This document shows, piece by piece, positions 17,149 through 25,343 of a DNA stretch of 64,000 bases; the first letter of the stretch is position 1, and every line of letters begins with the position of its first letter. The DNA comes from an uncultured Candidatus Saccharibacteria bacterium (lineage in GTDB: Bacteria > Patescibacteriota > Minisyncoccia > Phycocordibacterales > PALSA-1337), in the NCBI GenBank assembly GCA_964406895.1, contig CAYOTK010000004.1:26016-90015 (forward strand). The letters are read 5' to 3'. Position numbers and translations under genes: made by a program. The notes under the pieces are model-generated. The model was not told where the DNA came from, made no database searches, and saw nothing but the letters and a program-made list of their open reading frames with translations.

Positions 17149-17937
17149 TTACATTATCTCCAACCCTATCGGGCAATGATCTGAGCCCATAACATTGTCT
17201 AAAATTTCAGTTTTCTTAACTAAATCAATCAAACCTTGAGAAATAAAGAAATAATCAATACGCCACCCAACGTTACGATCTCGAGCAAAGGTTTTCATGT
17301 CCCAGTATGTATAAGCATCTTTCAAATCAGGGTGTTGATGGCGGAAAATATCGACATAACCAGATTCGATGACTTTGTCTATCCACGCGCGTTCAATAGG
17401 TAAGAAGCCTGTGTTTTCTTCATTTTCTTTTGGACGAGCAAGATCGATCTCAGTATGAGCAGTATTAACATCCCCACAAAAAATAACTTCGTAACCATTT
17501 TTTCTTTGCTTATTCACATATTTCAAGAATTCATCGTAGAATCTTAATTTGAAATCCAATCGATCAGGCCCACCACCACCGTTAGGGAAGTAGGTGTTGA
17601 TAATAACCAATTTATTCGGCATATTATTCAGGTCATGAAAAAATAGGGCAAGAAAACGACCTTCTTGATCAAGTTCCTCCTTACCAAGTCCATATTCAAC
17701 CTTATTGGGCTCAATTTTCGAATATATAGCGACACCACTATAGCCTTTGCGACCTTTTGAATGGTCGAAATATGCATAATAACCATTTGGATTTCTAACA
17801 CCTTCTTCCAGTTGATCGGGGTGAGCTTTTGTTTCCTGAATACAATAAACATCAGGAGATTCATTTATAAACCAATCAAAACCGCCTTTCTTAACATTTG
17901 CACGAAGGCCATTTAAGTTCCAAGAAATGATTCGCAT
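17149..17937 (-). CDS. xth: Exodeoxyribonuclease III (Xth/AP endonuclease family)
   Basis: MRIISWNLNGLRA start, with NTYFPNGG and GDVNTAHTEID, and the C-terminal SDHCPIGLEIM motif. True start taken at the internal ATG; the longer ORF to 18042 extends into the palindromic repeat. Confidence 0.85.
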   Translation of the reverse strand: MRIISWNLNGLRANVKKGGFDWFINESPDVYCIQETKAHPDQLEEGVRNPNGYYAYFDHSKGRKGYSGVAIYSKIEPNKVEYGLGKEELDQEGRFLALFFHDLNNMPNKLVIINTYFPNGGGGPDRLDFKLRFYDEFLKYVNKQRKNGYEVIFCGDVNTAHTEIDLARPKENEENTGFLPIERAWIDKVIESGYVDIFRHQHPDLKDAYTYWDMKTFARDRNVGWRIDYFFISQGLIDLVKKTEILDNVMGSDHCPIGLEIM

Positions 17938-17966
17938 GGGGAAATTATAACTTAATCCGGAAGGGG

Positions 17967-18134
17967 AAACAAAGCAGGTACAGCATGTACATACTAGTCG
18001 TTGCGAAAACTCACTCCTTAAATTTCTAAGAAAAAGCCTCACGAGGTCATCACGGTTCGGCTTTTTCTAAGAAATTTATAGTCGTTCAAACAGTTCGCAA
18101 CGACTAGTATGTACATGCTGTACCTGCTTTGTTT
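17967..18134. repeat. Palindromic element copy 1: perfect 41-bp inverted repeats flanking an 86-bp conserved core
   Basis: aaacaaagcaggtacagcatgtacatactagtcgttgcgaa at 17967-18007 is the exact reverse complement of 18094-18134. The core at 18008-18093 has its own internal inverted repeat (aaatttctaagaaaaagcc / ggctttttctaagaaattt) and is shared with 20813-20898 and, in reverse orientation, 62079-62167. Confidence 0.7.
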
Positions 18135-18261
18135 TCATCGAACACCACACCCTGCACATGAATTTTTGTGAGCAATCCAAATGAGGTGGTTACGCATGAC
18201 TATTGCATACGCACTTGTTTGCTCACAAAAATTCATGTGCAGGGTGTGGCGTGAAGAAAAA

Positions 18262-19209
18262 CTATTTCTTCTTATTATGAAACTTCTTATGAATATTCCT
18301 AAGCTCACTGTCTGTAACGTGAGTATAAATCTGAGTGGTTCCAATATTTGCATGACCAAGAAGCATTTGCACAGAACGCAAATCGGCACCATTTCTGAGT
18401 AAGTCAGTAGCGAAACTATGACGTATGACGTGTGGAGTAACTTTCTTCGAAATTCCAGCCTTAATAGCATAGTGTTTTATGATTCTTTCAACAGATCTTG
18501 TCGTCAACCTCGAAGCCTCCATATTGTTTTTCTTATTCGAAATCTGAACAAACAAAGCTTCTTCCATGTCATCTCTTTTGTCGAGATATTGCTTCAACCA
18601 TTTTTTGGCTTCATCAGAAAGAAAAACTACCCTTATCTTATCTCCTTTACCTCTGACAGAAAGCTCATCCAGCTTCATGTTGATTTCACGGGGCAGGGCA
18701 CAGAGCTCTGAAACACGCAAACCAGTCGAAAAAAGAAGTTCCATGATGGTTCGATCACGAAGGCCTCTCAATTTCGTTGTGTCGGGTGCATCCAATAATC
18801 GGCCTAATTCCTCGATTGTTATAAGATCCAGCGACCTTTCAGGAACTTTTGCCAATTCTATTCTCTCTGGCGGTAGTGATTTCACGCTCATTCTGGCAAG
18901 ATATTTGAGAAATGCTCTAAGAGCAATGAGATAGTAATTCTGAGTCTTCTTCTTCATGGTACCTGAAGCTAATCCTTTTGTTTTGCTTCCTTCTTGTCGA
19001 TTTAACCATAACCTAAACTCCCTAACCACATTATCTGTTATGTCATTTGGTGATTTCACCTTGGTAAATGATATGAAACGCGTCAAATATCGATCATAAT
19101 TTTCAACAGTCTTGAGTCCGCGACCTTTCTCTATCTCTATGTACTCCAAAAACTGTTGTTTCATGTCTTGAATATTGTGCGACATGAATACATTGTAGCA
19201 ATTATCCAC
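18262..19209 (-). CDS. xerC: Tyrosine site-specific recombinase, XerC/XerD family
   Basis: C-terminal catalytic motifs HVIRHSFATDLLRNGADLRSVQMLLGHANIGTTQIYTHV (R..H..R..LLGH...Y). N-terminal SAM-like domain (FLEYIEIEKGRGLKTVENYDRYL). Start could be any of the first three ATGs. Confidence 0.8.
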   Translation of the reverse strand: MDNCYNVFMSHNIQDMKQQFLEYIEIEKGRGLKTVENYDRYLTRFISFTKVKSPNDITDNVVREFRLWLNRQEGSKTKGLASGTMKKKTQNYYLIALRAFLKYLARMSVKSLPPERIELAKVPERSLDLITIEELGRLLDAPDTTKLRGLRDRTIMELLFSTGLRVSELCALPREINMKLDELSVRGKGDKIRVVFLSDEAKKWLKQYLDKRDDMEEALFVQISNKKNNMEASRLTTRSVERIIKHYAIKAGISKKVTPHVIRHSFATDLLRNGADLRSVQMLLGHANIGTTQIYTHVTDSELRNIHKKFHNKKK

Positions 19210-19249
19210 ATTTCAAACACACTTGACAAAAAAATGTGTGGTGGTAGTA

Positions 19250-19710
19250 TCTTACGTCAGATGACCTTTGGTAATGGTGAGGGCGCAGAACACACCACTC
19301 GTGGTGTGCAATACGCTTTGCATCGAAGGGTTGTCTGTGGCCTAACATCGAAAAAAAAGGCCACTATTGGAGGAAAGCCTATGAACAGTCCGCCCTGTGC
19401 GCTTCTCATGCGCACCAATGGAACGACCAAGAGTTCGGCGACATCCCGGGCGACCTGAAGCCCCGACCGGCCAACGGTACGCAGAACATCAACCAAAGAA
19501 AGGGGGTAGCGTGGAACGACTCGCAAAAATAGTCATCGCCCGAATGGTGGTGATTGAATGGCGGGCCAACACGGCCTTCACCTAACCAAACCTAGGGAAC
19601 CACAACAATTTCGCGGCCCTCCCTACCGCCCCGACCAGGCCGGTGAGCTAGTAAGAGCACGTACCCCACGTCGCTCGAGTTGGCTCACCGGCCGAATCTT
19701 TTTATATACC
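19250..19710 (+). ncRNA. GC-rich (~57%) candidate structured RNA (unidentified)
   Basis: A 460-nt non-coding GC island between the Xer gene and rpsO. It ends with an 11-bp stem (GGCCGGUGAGC...GCUCACCGGCC) followed by CGAAUCUUUUUAUAU. Contains a GAGGAAAGCC and a GUAAGAGCAC motif, and CGCAAAAAUAGUC resembling the tmRNA resume-codon context. No tRNA-like 3' domain was seen. ORFs in the track here are GC-biased and probably spurious. Confidence 0.3.
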
Positions 19711-19774
19711 TAGATAATGCAGATTTTAATACAGAAAGTTGCAAAAAAACCTCATTCATGCTATCATTTCCCAC

Positions 19775-20041
19775 ATGTTAACCACACGACAAAAGACAAA
19801 AGTAATCAAGGAAGTTGCTGTACATGACAAAGATACAGGCTCTTCTGAGGTTCAAATAGCTATTCTTACAAAGAGAATCACAGAATTAACCGACCATTTG
19901 AAGAAACACAAGAAAGACAATCACTCTCGACGTGGCCTTCTAGGCATGGTTGCAGACCGTCAAACACATTTGAATTATCTCAAACAATCTCATCCAAGAA
20001 GATACAGTACAGTAGTGAAGAAACTGGAGATTAAGAAATAA
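19775..20041 (+). CDS. rpsO: 30S ribosomal protein S15
   Basis: MLTTRQKTKVIKEVAVHDKDTGSSEVQIAILTKRITELTDHLKKHKKDNHSRRGLLGMVADRQTHLNYL is the S15 signature. Start taken at the second ATG. Confidence 0.85.
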   Translation: MLTTRQKTKVIKEVAVHDKDTGSSEVQIAILTKRITELTDHLKKHKKDNHSRRGLLGMVADRQTHLNYLKQSHPRRYSTVVKKLEIKK

Positions 20042-20081
20042 TGGTTCGACAAGCTCACCATAAATAATCAATAATCAAACA

Positions 20082-20135
20082 CCAATAACCAAGGACTAAC
20101 CTCGGTATGTTGGTTATTGGATCTTGGTTATTCTT
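20082..20135 (+). terminator. Hairpin downstream of rpsO (terminator/processing site)
   Basis: CCAAUAACCAA / UUGGUUAUUGG 11-bp stem with a 17-nt loop, followed by AUCUUGGUUAUUCUUCC. Confidence 0.4.
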
Positions 20136-20203
20136 CCATCACTGGTGTACAATACTGTATAGAGTCATTTTAATAATATTATTACTAATTTTTTCATAAA
20201 AAT

Positions 20204-20722
20204 ATGTCAGTCATAAAACACAAAGAACAGCGTGTTGGTATATTCATCGACGCTCAAAACCTATATCACAGCGGAAAGAATCTATATCATTCAAAGGTAA
20301 ATTTTGGTTCTATAGTCAAAGACGCTCTAGACGGCAGGAAACTAGTCCGTGCCGTGGCCTACGTTATTGCCACAGAATCTGGCGAAGAAAATAATTTCTT
20401 CGACGCCCTGACAAAAATGGGTATAGAAACCAAGGTCAAAGATTTACAAATATTCAGTTCTGGAGCCAAAAAAGCTGACTGGGACGTTGGTCTAGCTATT
20501 GATGCGGTGAAATTATCGCCAAAACTTGATGCTGTTATTCTTATTACCGGCGACGGAGACTTCGTGCCCCTTGTCGAGTATTTGCAGATGAATCAAGGTT
20601 GTCAGGTAGAAGTTGCCTCATTCGGCAAGTCAACCTCAGCTAAATTGATAGAATCAGCGGATCATTTCATGGATTTGGATGAAAACGCAGGTAAATATCT
20701 ATTGAGAGTAGGGAGGAAATAA
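20204..20722 (+). CDS. NYN/LabA-like (DUF88) domain protein
   Basis: VGIFIDAQNLYHS ... AVILITGDGDFVPLVEYLQ is the PIN-like NYN pattern (hhhD..N......GDGDF..L). 172 aa. Confidence 0.6.
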   Translation: MSVIKHKEQRVGIFIDAQNLYHSGKNLYHSKVNFGSIVKDALDGRKLVRAVAYVIATESGEENNFFDALTKMGIETKVKDLQIFSSGAKKADWDVGLAIDAVKLSPKLDAVILITGDGDFVPLVEYLQMNQGCQVEVASFGKSTSAKLIESADHFMDLDENAGKYLLRVGRK

Positions 20723-20774
20723 TATTTAAGCCCGCGTGAATTTATAAATCACCATTTTTAGTGTTGGGTGAATG

Positions 20775-20936
20775 TTTTTCAGCAGTACATGTGTGCTTTT
20801 GTTCGTTGCGAAAACTCACTCCTTAAATTTCTAAGAAAAAGCTTTACGAGGTCATCACGGTTCGGCTTTTTATAAGAAATTTATAGTCGTTCAAACAGTT
20901 CGCAACGAACAAAAGCACACATGTACTGCTGAAAAA
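20775..20936. repeat. Palindromic element copy 2: perfect 38-bp inverted repeats around the same 86-bp core
   Basis: tttttcagcagtacatgtgtgcttttgttcgttgcgaa at 20775-20812 is the exact reverse complement of 20899-20936. The core at 20813-20898 is ~95% identical to 18008-18093. The arm sequences differ from copy 1 but are again perfectly self-complementary. Confidence 0.7.
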
Positions 20937-21153
20937 CTCGTACCTTAGTAAGAAAGAATTTGATTCTCTGGAAAAAAATAAACTATCAATTTCTCCAGAA
21001 TCGTGTTAAATTACAAACATTAATATTAATAATTCGCCTGCAGATAGGCAGGTTTATCCTCCACAGCTTTTCCACATAAAAGCAAAAGAGGGAATCTGAA
21101 ATCTGAAGGCGAATAAGGTCGGACCTCTAAAAGGTCGGACCTCAAAGAAAAAA

Positions 21154-23289
21154 ATGAATAAAAAAGAATATACATTAGAATTGGGTGGCAAAACATTGAC
21201 CGCCGAATTCAACGATCTCGCAGACCAGACAAATGGTGCTGTGATGGTTAGATATGGAAATACCGTAATGCTTGCCACAGCAGTTATGGGAGATTATAAA
21301 GAAGGGGACTTTTTCCCACTTACAGTTGATTATGAGGAAAGGTTTTATGCAACAGGCAAAATTCTCGGTTCAAGATTCGTACGCAGAGAAGGAAGACCTT
21401 CTGAAGAAGCGATACTTTCTGGAAGAATAGTAGATAGAACGATCAGACCACTATTCAATCAAAAAATGAGAAATGAGGTTCAGGTTGTGCTAACAACAAT
21501 TGCCATCGATCAGGACGATCCTGATGTAGTGTCAGTCATTGCGGCTTCATTGGCACTCGGTGTATCAGATATACCTTGGAATGGACCAGTATCAGCTGTT
21601 CGTATAGGAAAGAATGGTGATTGGCTTATCAATCCAGACTTCAAGACAAGAGAAGATGAAAAAATAACCATCGACATGGTTGCTTGCGGAAAAGATGGAA
21701 TGATAAACATGATAGAAGTAGCAGGAAAAGAGGTCGATGAAAATACAGTCAATCAGGCTCTTAGTACAGCTTCTCTAGAAATCGAAAAAATACAAGCTTG
21801 GCAGAAGAAAATAATCGCTGAAATAGGCAAGCAAAAAACTGAAGTTAAGATAGAACAACCAACAGAGGGAACGAAAGAATTGTTTGATTCAGAAATATCA
21901 CCAATATTAGGTAAATTTGTTTTCAGTGGACCTGGGAAAAAGAAGCTTGCAGAGATAAATGAAAAGTGGATAAAACTTTTCACAGAGAAAATGCCTGAAG
22001 GAAATGTCGGCCAAGCACAAGAAGTGTTCGAAGAAGCTGTAAACGATCTACTACACAGCGAGGCGATCGATAATGATAAAAGACCTGACGGCAGAACAAT
22101 GGATGAAATCCGTCCACTTTTTGCAAAAGCAGGGGGTATTTCGTCAATACTGCACGGTACGGGAATATTCTTCCGCGGAGGCACACATGTTATGTCAGCA
22201 TTAACACTTGGATCACCTGGAGACGCTCTGGTTGTCGATGGGCTTATGGTTCAAGAAAACAAACGTTTCATGCATCACTATAACTTCCCACCATTTTCAA
22301 CAGGTGAGACAGGAAGGATGGGTGGAACAAACAGAAGAATGATTGGTCATGGAGCGCTTGCAGAAAAAGCCTTAGCGCCCATAATTCCTGCAAAAGAAAA
22401 ATTCCCTTATACAATTCGATTGGTATCAGAAGCTTTTGCTTCGAACGGTTCTACTTCTATGGGTTCAGTCTGCGCATCAACATTGGCACTTATGGACGGT
22501 GGAGTACCGATCAAAGCACCAGTTGCAGGAATTGCTTCTGGACTAATGATGCGAAATCAAAACGAATACAAAGTTCTTACAGATATTCAAGGTCCTGAAG
22601 ATCATCACGGGGACATGGATTTCAAGGTCGCCGGAACAAGAGAAGGAATAACAGCAGTACAAATGGATGTGAAAGTTGGGGGTATACCATTAAAAATCTT
22701 GACGGAAGCTTTCGTTAAGGCAAAAAATGCCCGCCTTCAAATTCTGGACCTAATCGAAAAGGAGATTTCACAACCTCGACAGACAATATCAGCCAATGCA
22801 CCTGAAATCATAATACTCAAGATAAAGCCTGATCAAATAGGTCTAGTTATTGGTACAGGAGGAAAAACTATAAACGAAATCAGGGACGTTACACACGTAG
22901 AAGACATAACCATTGAAGATGATGGAAGTGTTTTCATAACAGGAAAAGGGGGCACTGCAGAAAAAGCAAAAGAAATCATATATAACATGACCAGAGAATA
23001 TCTTCCTGGAGAAAAATTCGATGGGGAAGTTGTAAGAATGATGGACTTCGGTGCATTCGTGAAAATTGGCCCCAACGCAGAAGGACTAGTCCATGTATCT
23101 GAAATAGCTCCTTTCAGAGTTGAGAGAGTCGAAACTTACATCAAAGAAGGTGACAAAGTTCCTGTTGTGGTAAAAGAAATAGATGAAAAGGGAAGAATCA
23201 ATCTTTCTATTAAACAAGCGGATCCAAATTTCTTCACCAAGCGCGAGGAAACACCGAAGCCAAGACCAGCATTCAACAAGAGGCATTAG
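21154..23289 (+). CDS. pnp: Polyribonucleotide nucleotidyltransferase (PNPase)
   Basis: 711 aa with two RNase PH-like domains, KH (IGLVIGTGGKTINEI) and S1 (GEKFDGEVVRMMDFGAFVKI) domains. Typical N-terminus MNKKEYTLELGGKTL. Confidence 0.9.
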   Translation: MNKKEYTLELGGKTLTAEFNDLADQTNGAVMVRYGNTVMLATAVMGDYKEGDFFPLTVDYEERFYATGKILGSRFVRREGRPSEEAILSGRIVDRTIRPLFNQKMRNEVQVVLTTIAIDQDDPDVVSVIAASLALGVSDIPWNGPVSAVRIGKNGDWLINPDFKTREDEKITIDMVACGKDGMINMIEVAGKEVDENTVNQALSTASLEIEKIQAWQKKIIAEIGKQKTEVKIEQPTEGTKELFDSEISPILGKFVFSGPGKKKLAEINEKWIKLFTEKMPEGNVGQAQEVFEEAVNDLLHSEAIDNDKRPDGRTMDEIRPLFAKAGGISSILHGTGIFFRGGTHVMSALTLGSPGDALVVDGLMVQENKRFMHHYNFPPFSTGETGRMGGTNRRMIGHGALAEKALAPIIPAKEKFPYTIRLVSEAFASNGSTSMGSVCASTLALMDGGVPIKAPVAGIASGLMMRNQNEYKVLTDIQGPEDHHGDMDFKVAGTREGITAVQMDVKVGGIPLKILTEAFVKAKNARLQILDLIEKEISQPRQTISANAPEIIILKIKPDQIGLVIGTGGKTINEIRDVTHVEDITIEDDGSVFITGKGGTAEKAKEIIYNMTREYLPGEKFDGEVVRMMDFGAFVKIGPNAEGLVHVSEIAPFRVERVETYIKEGDKVPVVVKEIDEKGRINLSIKQADPNFFTKREETPKPRPAFNKRH

Positions 23290-23340
23290 AAATAAACTTA
23301 TCTTCTCGAATTATTTCATCATTCTAGGTATAATGAAGTC

Positions 23341-24906
23341 ATGAATGATGATAATAGTGATGCTCCACAACAATCCACAAAAGTCTTCGACATTTCATCA
23401 GACTTCGACATAAAACCTGCAAACGAAACAGATGAGTCAACGTCGTCTAGCAGTGATGTTGGTAAAATTTCTATTGTCAAAAAAAATCCCACAATATCTG
23501 CTACACCTACAAACAATACAACGAAACCAACAAACACCGATAATATTCCGGCTCAAACGCGAACTCCGTTTCCATCCAAACTAAATGTATTGAGTGCACA
23601 AGCAAATCTAGAGGTAAGAACTCCGCCTGTGGCAACACCACAACCAAAACCAATACCTACGATTACAAAGCCACTCACACAAACAACAGTGGTAAATCAG
23701 CCCGCACCAACGATACAAACGAATACTCCCGTAACGCCACCCCCAACGTCATCACCCGTCACACAAACGTCTCCAGCACCAACACTATCGACACCCACAA
23801 AAACCGCACAGACACCTTCATCTACTACTACTCCTGCAAATACGATATATCAAAGCCCAAACGTTAGGCCGATAAGAACCTATGAAGGCGATATGGCAGA
23901 AATCTTGGCACACAAGAGAACTTCTGTGGCAACAATTGCAATTGCTGAAAACAAAAAGAAGGAAGGCCAAGAGGTCATATCAAACAAAAAACCAGAACCG
24001 AAAGAAAGCTCTGGGTCTGGTCGCAAGATTTTATTATTCTTACTAAGTCTCATTTTGATAGGAGCGGGAATGATCGGAGCTTATTATCTATATACGAAGA
24101 GCCCTCTAGTAACAAGTAAACCAACATCTGTATACACGCCAAAGCCTGTTATAAAATCCATAATTCCTGCAGACACATATTATTCAATCAACATAGACAA
24201 CTCTACTCGAAATCAATTAAGGGAAAATCTTCTAGAAGAACTACATAAACAGCACGAGCCAAATACAGTCACTGATATTATAATTACAAGAACAATCAAT
24301 GGCGCGAAAACAAAAGTACCTCTAGCGGAGATGTTAAGTATTATGGATATAACCGCTCCTAGTATTCTCGTAAAATCATTCCTGCCTGATTGGATGTTGG
24401 GCATATACACTGACGAACAGGGAAACAATGACTTCTTTGTCACTGCGAATAGTGATTTCTTCCAGGATTCATTCGCAGGAATGTTAAATTGGGAAAAAGT
24501 AATGGCTGATGACATAAGGTCATACATAACTACTGAAAATATAAAAAACATAGTGAATGGACCACCACTACCACAAACAACTGTTGAAGTTAGAAAGCCA
24601 GAAACAAAAACTCAAACAAAAACAACGACCAAGAAAGTAACCAACACCAAAATTGCCACAACAAGCATAGAAACGGCCTCTACTACACCAGTCGCAGAAG
24701 AAGCTCCAGTGCCATTCCCAACACTGAGAGGACAATTCAGTGACAGAATCATAAAGAGTCGAGATGCCAGGGTATTCAAGACATCAGACGGAAAAACGTT
24801 ATTTATTTATTCCTTCATCAATGGAAAAACCCTTATTATTAGTGGCAGAGAGGCAACATTGTCAGAATTGATAACTCGCCTTGAAAAACAAGCCTACGTG
24901 CGCTAA
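23341..24906 (+). CDS. Hypothetical Pro/Thr-rich membrane-anchored protein
   Basis: 521-aa ORF. It has a long PT-rich low-complexity segment, a single TM segment (ILLFLLSLILIGAGMIGAYYLY) and an uncharacterised C-terminal domain. Confidence 0.5.
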   Translation: MNDDNSDAPQQSTKVFDISSDFDIKPANETDESTSSSSDVGKISIVKKNPTISATPTNNTTKPTNTDNIPAQTRTPFPSKLNVLSAQANLEVRTPPVATPQPKPIPTITKPLTQTTVVNQPAPTIQTNTPVTPPPTSSPVTQTSPAPTLSTPTKTAQTPSSTTTPANTIYQSPNVRPIRTYEGDMAEILAHKRTSVATIAIAENKKKEGQEVISNKKPEPKESSGSGRKILLFLLSLILIGAGMIGAYYLYTKSPLVTSKPTSVYTPKPVIKSIIPADTYYSINIDNSTRNQLRENLLEELHKQHEPNTVTDIIITRTINGAKTKVPLAEMLSIMDITAPSILVKSFLPDWMLGIYTDEQGNNDFFVTANSDFFQDSFAGMLNWEKVMADDIRSYITTENIKNIVNGPPLPQTTVEVRKPETKTQTKTTTKKVTNTKIATTSIETASTTPVAEEAPVPFPTLRGQFSDRIIKSRDARVFKTSDGKTLFIYSFINGKTLIISGREATLSELITRLEKQAYVR

Positions 24907-24915
24907 CATTAACTT

Positions 24916-25281
24916 ATGCAAGCAAAAGACTTAAAAAAATATAAAGAGCTATTACTAAAAGAAAAAGCTCGTTTGGAAGAGGACCTAAGCGGTATCGCAG
25001 AGAGAGATCCGAGTGCTTCCCGCGGTTGGGATGCCAAAACATCTGATATAGAGGTTGATTCTGCAGACGAAAATGAAGTTGCAGACAAATTCGAAGAACT
25101 CGAGGATAATGCGGGCATTGCTGATCAACTGGAAAATCAACTCCAAGAAGTTGATGCGGCATTACAAAGAATAGAAAGAGGTTCGTATGGCGTTTGTGAA
25201 AAATGCGGTAAACCAATAGAAAAAGACAGACTGGACGCAAACCCTTCTTCGAGAATATCTATCAAACACGATCACAAATAG
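24916..25281 (+). CDS. DksA/TraR-like protein (only one CxxC pair)
   Basis: Coiled-coil N-terminus and a C-terminal CEKCGKPIEKDRLDANPSSRISIKHDH. Resembles the DksA/TraR C4 finger but the second Cys pair is absent. Confidence 0.45.
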   Translation: MQAKDLKKYKELLLKEKARLEEDLSGIAERDPSASRGWDAKTSDIEVDSADENEVADKFEELEDNAGIADQLENQLQEVDAALQRIERGSYGVCEKCGKPIEKDRLDANPSSRISIKHDHK

Positions 25282-25343
25282 TCTCGAGCAAATCTTTAAT
25301 TAAAATTTAATAAATCTTTAACGTCGTACTGTATATTTGGCTA

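Noticed and set aside
17938-18042. 35-aa N-terminal extension of xth
   Set aside because: The Xth family starts at MRIISWNLNGL. The extension runs into the palindromic repeat arm.
19397-19585. tmRNA hypothesis for the GC-rich island (CGCAAAAAUAGUC followed by an ORF ending UAA)
   Set aside because: The implied tag (..IARMVVIEWRANTAFT) does not end in the usual Ala-Ala/hydrophobic tail. No tRNA-like T-arm/acceptor with ACCA and no 5' GGGG acceptor strand were found. Kept only as an unidentified ncRNA candidate.
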